DNA of 64,000 nucleotides, from assembly GCA_002633005.1 (NCBI GenBank), contig NMRA01000515.1, positions 124,001-188,000 of the forward strand. Direction: 5' to 3'. A program made the position numbers and the translations under genes. Origin of the DNA: Phoronis australis (lineage: Eukaryota > Animalia > Phoronida). Below the pieces are notes generated by a model. It saw only the letters and a list, made by a program, of their open reading frames with translations. It was not told the DNA's origin and made no database searches. The first letter of the stretch is position 1. Every line of letters begins with the position of its first letter. Below, in pieces: positions 55,501 to 64,000 of this stretch.

Positions 55501-58500
55501 CATGGGACTGGGTGTTTTATACTCCTACAGAAATTTTCTGGGTGAGTAGGTGACTTTCTTTGCGCTCAAGTGAATGTTTTCCCAGTATGTGAAGCTGTCG
55601 TAACTTGATAGATGTTTTGACTTATCCAGCTACTCCAGAAGTAGAGAGTTTAACTTTGGCGTACCTTTGTTAAATTTGTTCATAGTCATTCAAAATAGCT
55701 TGATATAGCTGTTTGTTGTTCATCATGTGGTGTAAATGAACATCATGGCAACAAGGAGTTTGTGATAGATGTGTTACTTTATTTTTACAAAATTTAAATT
55801 CGGTAAGGCATTTAAGTTGGTATTACAGAATACACAAGTTTCTTTGTCAAAGTTGTTGGACTCCAGTGTGGTCAATATAACAGTTAAAATTCAAATCATC
55901 ATCTTTGACCGTGGTACATGGCCAAAGTCTGCGCAGTCTTTGACAATGATTGTGGAAAAATTTAATAGGTCTATCTAGAAAATTTTTGTTTATTGCCAAT
56001 GCCTTCAGGATGATTATGGAAAAAGTTAAAAAAATTACGAATTGCGACTTGTAAAATCTTATCTTGTTTCAATTGTAAAAAATTCAAAAACAACAAAAAA
56101 TTGTGAAAACATGGGTTCAACAGTTTCATTGTTTGTTTGTTCTGATGCATTTATTCAGGTGACACACTGCCAAAGAACATCTTCTTAACTCATAACCACT
56201 CTGACCACACTGGGGATCTGCCTGTCTTCTTTGGTGTCCTGGCTCCTAAGCTGTTGGAGCTACCCAAGAAAGCATTGAATATTATTGCTGCACCTGAAGT
56301 AATGACTCGCGTGAAGAACTACAGGATGCATGAAATTGTCTCCCATGTCACTACTCTAGCCAATCAGCATTCAGTTGTAAGTACCGTAATATAAGATGGC
56401 AATGAAAAACTGATCGGTTTTCAGCTGTTATTTTAAAATTTAGAAAACAACTCTTTCAAGTACTGGTTGTAATTGATTAGAGTTAATTGGTATTTATTTG
56501 TTTGGTATTGATAACACAAATTTGATTGTCATGTATTAATATTGTGTTGTGTTGTATCAATACATACTCACATAAAGTTGTGCCATCATAGGATCCTTTA
56601 GCCAACTGGGTAAGCACAAAGCCAGACTTTTCCCAGTACACCTACTTGGATGAAAAGAAAGAATTTGCAATAAAGACACTTCAAAGTCAACACTCAGAGA
56701 CTTGTTTTGGTGAGCTATTAAATTGCTCATTTTGTTCTCTTAATTGTGTGTACAGCTCAGGATTTGGTCAGGGGTAGTCTGTTATACCCTATGTCGGCTC
56801 CAGCAGTCATTGTAGTTTCATGGCTTTGAGTCCCTTTGTAAGAAGACAAATGAACAATAGAAGATGTTTAATGATGTCCTACTATTTGACATTCTTTGCT
56901 ATCATTAGATAGGTTAGACTGAATAATCAAACTAGAACTAGCTTAATATTTACTGTGAGTCTCAAAGTGAGTTGGTCAACTTTCACGTCAGGGAGACCAC
57001 ATGATCATTTGCCATATCCTTATTTCCTTGCTGCAATCTGATCTGTTTTTCACACATTTGAAAACTTCTGTGTTAGTTACTTTTGTGAAAAGGTTAAATT
57101 ACGTATTACTGTCATTGAATTTTGATACAACAGTCCTTCAAAGTAATGTTTATGTTTTTTATGCGCAAATAAGTTGGTGCAATAATTGAGAGCTGAGAAC
57201 GCACTCATTATTGTGAAAAACATTAGCAATGAACACCACCTGCCTAAACATTATGAAAAGTGGTTAGTAAGTGTTACCTCACATCACACAGTTTTCCCAA
57301 TTTCCAGGCTTTGTTTTGTACCACAATGAACATCCTGTCCTTGGCTACTCAGCTGACTCAGGATTCAACAGTCACTTGTATGAGACTGTTTATCAAGCTG
57401 ACCTGGTGATAGTTGATGCTCGTCTGTCCTCTTCTTATGAACATGCCAGTGTAAGTGTCAGCAGTTTTACACTACCCACAATGCACTGAATTTGTATTCT
57501 TTGGTAATATTCATCATGTCAACTTAAGTCAACTGGTCTGTTGTATTGCAGCCATTGATTGGATTACTGACAGTTTTTATATATCACAATACTGTCTTGA
57601 TTGTAGATGATGAGAATAGTAGTTTTGCACTGCATAAACAATGCATTTTACAGACTGGTATCATGATTGACTGTTCCTAATACTAACTGTAATTTTGTGA
57701 AATCAAGCTGTTGTTTGTTATATTTTATGGAATTTTAATAGCACAAGAAATCACCATTCTAAGGTTTTGTGTAGTAATACTAAATTGTAGCAAATCAACT
57801 GCCATAATACTAAATTGTAGCAAATCAACTGCCATAATACTAAATTGTAGCAAATCAACTGCTATAATACTAAATTGTAGCAAATCAACTGCCATAATAC
57901 TAAATTGTAGCAAATCAACTGCCATAANATGCACTGAATTTGTATTCTTTGGTAATATTCATCATGTCAACTTAAGTCAACTGGTCTGTTGTATTGCAGC
58001 CATTGATTGGATTACTGACAGTTGTCTATTTTTTATATATCACAAAACTGTCTTGATTGCAGATGATGAGAATAGTAGTTTTGCACTGCATAAACAATGC
58101 ATTTTACAGACTGGTATCATGATTGACAGTTCCTAATACTAACTGTAATTTTGTGAAATCAAGCTGTTGTTTGTTATATTTTATGGAATTTTAAGAAATC
58201 ACCATTCTAAGGTTTTGTGTAGTAATACTAAATTGTAGCAAATCAACTGCCATAATACTAAATTGTAGCAAATCAACTGCCATAAATGAGGTAGACACAT
58301 CTTACCACTTCATTTTCCAAATTTCAATCACAACAACAAACATTAATATTTGTAAGTGAGTAGCACAATCATTCACTCTCTCATGTGGCAGGCAAATTGT
58401 GGAACTGATTTTAAAGTGATATTTAATTTTAGTCAAAACTTAGTGTTCATACCAACTTAAAATGAACATTAATCATGATTGTTTTTGGCTTTTGAATATT

Positions 58501-59550
58501 GATTTCTTTTCCTCTAATCATGGTGGTAAAACTGCTTTTTGATAAACTATTTTGCTTTTTTCAGTTTGTCGAGGTACAAAAGTTCAGCCAGGTTAAACAG
58601 GTGAGAAGATTGAAAATCCCAGTCCCCACGTCAAAAAAAAAAAAAAAATATTCAAAGTAAAAAGTTTTCATGGCATTCATTTTGAAAATCTTATTGTTTA
58701 CAGTCATTTTAGTGCTTCAAACCAAACACACCAGAATACACACACATAATAAATCTATGAGCTTACAGATGGGAGGTTCTTTATAGAATTCATAATAGCG
58801 TTGTCATGGCAACAATTCCTATATGTCTACCAAGCATCTGCTGAAGCAGCTGAAAACTCATCTTCCATCACAAAAGCAGATTTTGATTTAGACCACTTAC
58901 CTTGAATTGGTCTCAAATTGTCATGTAGTCAAATTGGAGATCATGTCAAAGCTTCAAAGATCGTCAGACCAGACTCTTTAAGTTGAATTGTCACGGCATG
59001 TCATTTTATGCACTGCCCATTGTCTCGCAGAATAACTGTCAGTTCTTTGCAAATTCTGAAATCTTTTCTCGTTTGAATAAGAAACTAGTTGTGACCAATG
59101 TAAAAGTTGTCATCCTGAACGGCACATGGGTTTATAGCTGTTTTAATGCTTACTTTATGAAATGATTATTTTTGTGCAACTTTGCAGTTTGAATACATTT
59201 TTTTAACTTGTATTTAGCAATTAGTAGCTATCTCACTACCACCAAGTAAAGGAAAGTTTCCTTAGAAAGTGGTAACAAATGCATTCTTTGACTTACGCTG
59301 ATGTAAATTGCATAACCGTTTCATGTTTTAGCATTTCATTTCCTTTTTTCTGCTATGAAATGTTGTTGTTGGTTTCTAGCACAAGAACGTGTACGTGATT
59401 GGATATGGTACTGAAAGTGAAGCGCCTTCTTCAGCCGACTATCCAGAACTGAATGTCTTAGAGACTGGGTCCTTCTATGCACTTGACACTAAACCTCACC
59501 ATCCTTTGGACACCTCTGATCAATACCCATCACTAGAGAGGGCAGTGTGA
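37431..59550 (+). CDS. 20-exon gene, 1071 aa: degenerate SIR2-like + DUF5753-like + Ser/Thr kinase + MBL-fold metallo-hydrolase fusion
   Basis: Exons 37431-37595, 38547-38732, 42241-42327, 43529-43690, 44526-44681, 44970-45156, 46002-46075, 48058-48301, 49455-49666, 50188-50414, 51062-51299, 52065-52239, 53705-53814, 54897-55092, 55431-55541, 56159-56376, 56592-56709, 57308-57450, 58565-58600, 59380-59550. All introns are GT-AG and phase-compatible; total 3216 nt = 1071 aa + TGA. The kinase C-terminus and MBL N-terminus share exon 54897-55092. The exon 5 donor is the least certain. Confidence 0.85.
38547..38732 (+). CDS. exon 2, SIR2-like (VILTVCVDQFIE)
   Basis: ttacag acceptor, GTGAGT donor; matches the IITTNYDxLIE motif with N replaced by C. 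Confidence 0.8.
39422..41575. mobile_element. non-autonomous CCGTA-ended Tc1/mariner-pogo-type transposon in intron 2
   Basis: TIR CCGTATTCGCCCTAATAAG and CTTATTAGGGCGAATACCG (1 mismatch), TA flanks. Confidence 0.75.
40793..41554 (-). mobile_element. solo LTR, 762 bp
   Basis: TGTCA...TGACA termini, 5-bp TSD CGCTT, TATA-like and AATAAA signals on the minus strand. Confidence 0.8.
42241..42327 (+). CDS. exon 3, SIR2-like (LLIKCLGD)
   Basis: ttttcag acceptor, phase 0-0; matches the LxKLHGD motif with H replaced by L. Confidence 0.75.
43529..43690 (+). CDS. exon 4, SIR2-like (DLFQKYTVLFFGIQRDDP)
   Basis: ttgcag acceptor, GTAAGT donor; matches the LFxxxTLLFIGYSxxDP motif. Confidence 0.85.
44526..44681 (+). 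CDS. exon 5, end of SIR2-like domain (RQHFLFECG...)
   Basis: strong polypyrimidine tract plus tag acceptor; phase 0 donor aag|gtgctg is weak. Confidence 0.65.
44970..45156 (+). CDS. exon 6, start of DUF5753-like domain (LYLEQQSVEIGIQTVKITNALCTDE)
   Basis: ttttag acceptor, GTATGT donor, ends phase 1. Confidence 0.8.
45661..45777. repeat. 39-bp tandem repeat, 3 copies
   Basis: unit TAGATTTATAAAGACACTAGTCACTTACAGGGGTACTAT. Confidence 0.9.
46002..46075 (+). CDS. exon 7 (GRWDDSTVDKVMTAMVKRRNNLLK)
   Basis: tttgtag acceptor, GTAAGT donor; phase 1 to 0 bridges exons 6 and 8. Confidence 0.75.
48058..48301 (+). CDS. exon 8, DUF5753-like core
   Basis: tttcag acceptor, GTAGGA donor; KVTAVFSFQAF...YNLWLRAIP...KFGIFRL. 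Confidence 0.8.
49455..49666 (+). CDS. exon 9, end of DUF5753-like domain (IAYAE...NGPEVLRKRRIIERSLTQAWDHERT)
   Basis: phase 1 to 0, GTAAGT donor; aag acceptor after a pyrimidine tract. Confidence 0.75.
50188..50414 (+). CDS. exon 10, kinase subdomains I-III (ISEGSFGEVF, VAVK, REYE)
   Basis: tttgtag acceptor, GTGAGC donor; canonical kinase N-lobe motifs. Confidence 0.92.
51062..51299 (+). CDS. exon 11, kinase IV-VIb (HPNIV, MEFMEGG, HRDIKVDN)
   Basis: phase 2 to 0, GTAAGT donor; intact catalytic loop. Confidence 0.95.
52065..52239 (+). CDS. exon 12, kinase VII-IX (DFG, YMAPE, DVYSYG)
   Basis: ttgcag acceptor, GTAAAT donor. Confidence 0.95.
53705..53814 (+). CDS. exon 13, kinase IX-X (LMLAEIMMG)
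   Basis: ttccag acceptor, GTATGT donor, phase 1 to 0. Confidence 0.88.
54897..55092 (+). CDS. exon 14, kinase XI (CVQRNPQFR) fused to MBL start (LLCLGTG)
   Basis: ttgcag acceptor, GTATGG donor; both domains in one exon and one frame. Confidence 0.9.
55431..55541 (+). CDS. exon 15, MBL motif I (SSSFVIL...LLVDMGLG)
   Basis: tttag acceptor, GTGAGT donor, phase 1-1. Confidence 0.9.
56159..56376 (+). CDS. exon 16, MBL motif II (IFLTHNHSDHTGDL)
   Basis: ttcag acceptor, GTAAGT donor; HxHxDH motif. Confidence 0.93.
56592..56709 (+). CDS. exon 17, MBL motif III (SQHSETCFG)
   Basis: catag acceptor, GTGAGC donor, phase 0 to 1. Confidence 0.85.
57308..57450 (+). CDS. exon 18, MBL motif IV (LGYSADSG, ADLVIVDA, EHAS)
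   Basis: ttccag acceptor, GTAAGT donor. Confidence 0.9.
57775..57924. repeat. 30-bp tandem repeat, 5 copies, inside a duplication 57481-58284 joined at an N (57928)
   Basis: unit TAATACTAAATTGTAGCAAATCAACTGCCA. Confidence 0.9.
58565..58600 (+). CDS. exon 19 (FVEVQKFSQVKQ), 36 nt
   Basis: long T tract plus cag acceptor, GTGAGA donor, phase 0-0; supplies the helix expected after the H-A-S motif. Confidence 0.7.
59380..59550 (+). CDS. terminal exon 20 (HKNVYVIGYG...LERAV*)
   Basis: ttctag acceptor, TGA at 59548-59550; AATAAA candidates near 61039 and 61052. Confidence 0.8.
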   Translation, partial: HKNVYVIGYGTESEAPSSADYPELNVLETGSFYALDTKPHHPLDTSDQYPSLERAV

Positions 59551-59626
59551 GATGTGTGTGGGCACTTAGCAGGAATACTTATTGACTGTTGATATTAAAC
59601 CTACTGGTTGAACTGTTTGCGTTCAA

Positions 59627-60951
59627 GGCCCTGTTTCATGAAAACTTGACTCAATCTTAAGACTGAAAACCAAAATTTGTCAAAGTTAAGACAGAAATTC
59701 CGGCTACGTTAAGACCAAAGATGAAAATTCAGAAAAGACCGTTTCATGAACAGGAAGTTGGATTTCGGGTCTTTGGTCTTAACTTAGACAGAAATTAAGT
59801 CTGTTTTTGACATACCTCCTTTTCACCACCTGTTGTGAATTCACGAAACTAAGCGAGGCGGTGTGTGATATACAGTTTCAAGAATAATCTTGTTCTTGAA
59901 ACTCTTAATGGAGATTTGTTACATTGAATCATAGACTATACCATATGGACTGCCAATTCCGTGTACTATCAATGGACGAAATTTGTGCTCTTCCGTATAA
60001 CATTGCGTCATTATTCACTTGTGACACCTGGCCCAATGATTTGGCATTATTTCTGGCAAGTATGTTGTCTGCTAATCTTGGTCAGCTGTTGTGTGGTCCG
60101 GTGGTAGCAGCATTGCTAAAAGTACTCATGATACCAACAGTTCTACCATTTTAAGATTTTGAACAGCATTTCAATGCCGAAATAATTATTTTGTTTTTGT
60201 TGTACTGGACAGTCACAATACACTAGCCGGAAAATGTACCAGATAATTGCGGAGAGTGGCACTGTTTCTTGGATATTAAGGAAGAAAATGTCAGAGTTGC
60301 GAATCTGTTGTCTATAATCTATGGTTGAATGGGTGGCTTTCAAATAGCAATGTGGTTACTGGTCACATGGGACTGGATACCAGTGGCCTATAGAGGACGA
60401 GGAGCTACTTTGTAACTTTTGTTTAAAACACATCTGATCACATACATTGTAAAGGGTCTTTTCACGAAGGCGAACCGTTCCCCTATGCCACTCGCTGTGA
60501 AGACAAAGTAACTCCTGGAACAGCTAGGTGGTGATATGAGTCACTGGTCCCATGTGATCAGCCCCCATTGCTTCTTGAAAGCTTCCCATTGATATCTCGT
60601 TTGCTTGAGAACTCAATGGTGTGGCTTGAAAATATTATTTCACGTGCTGGTAAGTTGCACTGCATTGTCTCTGTAGCCTTTGCTGGTTCTTGAATTGGAA
60701 GCAGACAATCTTCAATTTGACATTGTGTAAGGACATTGGATTCTGAATCAGAATACATTATGAAGAGTCATAAATTTTGGTGGTTGAGATAATCTTAATC
60801 CCAACACCACGTAGTAGGATAACTTTCAGTCTTACCTTAGAGCAATTTTGGTGTTACGAAATTTCATGAAATGGTGCTAAAACATTTTGGTCTTAAGTTA
60901 GCTTGGTTTCTGTCTAAGTTAAGACAGAAAAAGTTTCATTAAACGGGCCCC
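59627..60951. mobile_element. decayed PIF/Harbinger-like element just downstream of the stop codon
   Basis: inverted ends GGCCCTGTTTCATGAAAACTT and AAGTTTCATTAAACGGGCCC, subterminal TTAAGAC repeats; only weak possible coding remnants. Confidence 0.55.
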
Positions 60952-61964
60952 ATCACTAACAATGTATGATATTGAAACATGAATCTTCATTGTAAAGTTT
61001 GTTTGTGCAATGTAACTTCGAGAGTAGTTGGTTGTGGGCAATAAACCAGAAATAAATCGCAGATTAATTATCACACTGTTTGTTAATTTACCTCAATTGC
61101 ATCTTCTGTTCTTCAAATTTGTTTGGGAATTTAAGGGAATCAGTAACCATTGCCAACTTAATTTGTGTATATTAGTAAACGTAAAAAAATGAAAAGAACA
61201 AGAATGTTTTTACATCTGGCAGCACTCTGGGTTGAAAGTGTGAAAGTGCATGACATCATCTTCTTGTTGACACTGGCTGCCCCACAAGTGTCATCAGAAT
61301 AAACTGCTAAACAGGATGACCAATGTACAATAAAGTGGTGTGTGTTCCGGATTGAAAAACTCACAAGCTTTAAAAGGACAACACTGAACTGGAAAATATG
61401 TGACTTTCACTTGTCAGGAGGGGCAAGGTGGATGAAGGCAGGCAGAGGTTAACCATTTTTTCTGGTCACCAGTTATCTGTTTGGTAGACGCTATACACAA
61501 ATACTAGTGAAACATGCACTTCATTGAATTCCCCAACTGGTAACTGCGAATGCCTAATGGTAGGGGTTACGGTAGACACTTGCCACATTTTCTGGACAGG
61601 CTACTTTTGTTTGGGGATTAGGAGACAGATATGTTGTCTCTGGTAACTGCAGCCTACTCCTGTCAACATTCTTCACCAATTTAGATACTGCAGTCTATAA
61701 GAACTGAATGCGCCATTTAAAATTGAACTATTTCTTTTTTCACACTGAAAATCTGTTAACTTTAACAGAGAAAAAGTTGTGCACTGCAACAATGAGTGTT
61801 CAATTTATTTAAACACTGATACGACTTCGGTAAAATCGCCGTAACAAATCCGAACGAAATGACTGTGATTAGCAGACGACGAACTTGCCGCACTTAAAAT
61901 TTGCTGTATTTGCAGGTGTCGCTGGTGAATAGGGAGATGTTAAGAAAAAGACGCTACGGTCTCT

Positions 61965-62544
61965 GGCCCGGTATTGGAATCCTGCCCAAATCGGCATATT
62001 CCGATTTGGCCGTTCCCGTATCGGAATTCCAATTGGAATATATTTCACGATTGAATTTAAAATGATAAATTGAATACAAAACTTTATAATTCAGTATTTT
62101 TTCATGCAATCGAGGCTTCGTTTTAATAATACAGACTCACAACGTCGTGTTGCTATTTTAATATTTTATGAATCTTCAATCTTTGTGCAAGGTTTACCTC
62201 ATAGACATCTTCACGATGTCTATGGTTTGCCTAGTTTATATTCAACATACATGTTGTTACGTTTCCATTCTTGCACCAAATTAATCAGCTTATTGTCGCC
62301 GGTTGATCATTCCAATACAGGACACTCGAGAGCGGTCGGATCCGGAATCGCAAAGGCACTTTCCGCGGCTTCTAAAACACACGAATGCAAACTTCCTAAA
62401 CTGCGAAAATTTTTGTATCAAGCAAACTGCACTTTGTAATAAACATTTTGAAATTGCCTGATAACAGTTCGGATAAAGCGTTTTTTTTTTTCGACATTGT
62501 GTAGGCGGTCTCTGCTACCTGTCCAGGGATTCCCATACGGGCCC
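61965..62544. mobile_element. GGCCC-ended MITE
   Basis: GGCCCGGTATTGGAATCCTG and CAGGGATTCCCATACGGGCC imperfect TIRs. Confidence 0.5.
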
Positions 62545-64000
62545 GTATCAGAATGTGTGCTAATTAATTGAATAAAAAGTTTTAAAGGTAACAATTTTCA
62601 TCAACTTGTATTTTAATCTATATGAAATGACCAACTAATGTGATTCCTCGAACTTCCACGTATTTTTCACTAAAGTAAACCATTCAGCATGCATTTTGTG
62701 ACCTTGAACGTCATTTGAATTTATTCATGCTGTCTTAATTTCTTGTTATCAACACTTAAAAGGTATTACAATGACCTGGACACCACTCAGTTGTGAGAAG
62801 TGGAGAACTGTAACAGTATGTGTCACAAAAATGTGAACAATGACGGAAGATACACACCTAGTATCGTACTGCGTGTATTAAGTAAGACACCGTCTCATAA
62901 TGTGCACCCTCATGAAAATGGCAGCAATCTGACGCAGCAGGCCGTCCCAATCAAAGGAATGTTTTCATTTGGTCAGTCTATTACTCCTCGGAAGGGGTCA
63001 TGGCACTTTTCAATAAACTCTGATCACAAGGCACTTACAAACCGTAATTATTTAAAGTATAACTGAAATAATTATCAAGTTACAACTGTTGAAGAAGAAA
63101 TTTTACAACTTCAACCGAGGCATTGAAGAGCAACAGGCTAACTAATAACCACGTCATAGATATCCAGATCAATGTGCCCGTCTTTTGGAAATATTGAATA
63201 CCGAAAGAGTGTTCTCAATTGGAATCGTGCCACATGTGATCCTGCGGTGAAGAGACCAGAGAGATCTTCATGGGAACTGCATGAATAGAGTACTTTCAAA
63301 AACTGAACCGCATGGGGTTTACGACGAAGTTATTCAGACAGGTGGTTCGTCAGCCTTGATTCGTGGACAGAGATTTGCCTTAGGGGTCATGGTTTCTCAA
63401 ACGGATAGGGTGGTGTTTTTTTTCCTGTCCGTCAACATTTAACGTCATTTCTTTCGATTTAGTACAACTCGTGCTGCTTTCCACTATCAGGCTCTACCCG
63501 CCCGTCTACGCCGTGATTAAAGCGAACCCCACCGGCCGTAAAGTGAGAATATCCATATTGGCGAAAATGATATGCAAAGAGTTGGAGTAAATCTGTCTAA
63601 ACAGTAGAGCAAATTCGCACATCTGTATGTGCGAGTTTTCTATTTCACCTGCTAAAACGACCCCTAAAATAAAAATTGACACCAACGAGACGCGCGTGTA
63701 CAACTTGGAAAGTAAACTATTGAAGATACTGCATTTGACACGCGCCCTGTGTTGGTCACATCACGTGAAGACATGCAACTTGTTACTGTGACACAAAAGA
63801 CTTTTTTCTGTGTAATTTACAAAAAAACAAGTTTTACATCATGTAAAATTTGAGCATTTGTTCTCTTTTTACCTAAACAACATTCAAGTATGAATGGACT
63901 CACTGGAGACAGCCCGAAAGTTATTATCTCTACGGCGAATGATGTTACAGTTGTGTCTCCAATGAGTTGCCAGCAGTCACTGGTACGGTGCGCGGCTTTA

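Noticed and set aside
63890-63982. Possible first exon MNGLTGDSPKVII...QQSL|gtacgg at the window edge
   Set aside because: Too short, no recognisable motif, and the continuation lies outside the window.

Overview
AT-rich, intron- and repeat-rich animal DNA, by inference a marine invertebrate deuterostome, with an N gap at 1302-1734. Manual splicing with GT-AG sites and consistent intron phases gives two multi-exon genes arranged head-to-head, with start codons about 750 bp apart and kB/IRF-like motifs between them. (1) Minus strand, 36678->20303, about 10 exons, about 520 aa: one hydrophobic segment, a divergent STING-like domain lacking the lid and the cyclic-dinucleotide-binding residues, a death domain, and an acidic tail with a TRAF6-type PxExxD motif. 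(2) Plus strand, 37431->59550, 20 coding exons, 1071 aa: a catalytically degenerate SIR2-like (SIR2_2-type) domain, a DUF5753/WhiJ-C-like domain, an intact Ser/Thr kinase, and a metallo-beta-lactamase-fold hydrolase (HxHxDH). Together they look like an undescribed innate-immune signalling/effector module built from domain families shared with bacterial anti-phage systems. The rest of the window is non-autonomous DNA transposons, a solo LTR, HINE-like repeats, hairpin elements, minisatellites, two probable assembly duplications and a first exon of an unidentified secreted protein. All domain calls are by-eye motif matches, not database searches.
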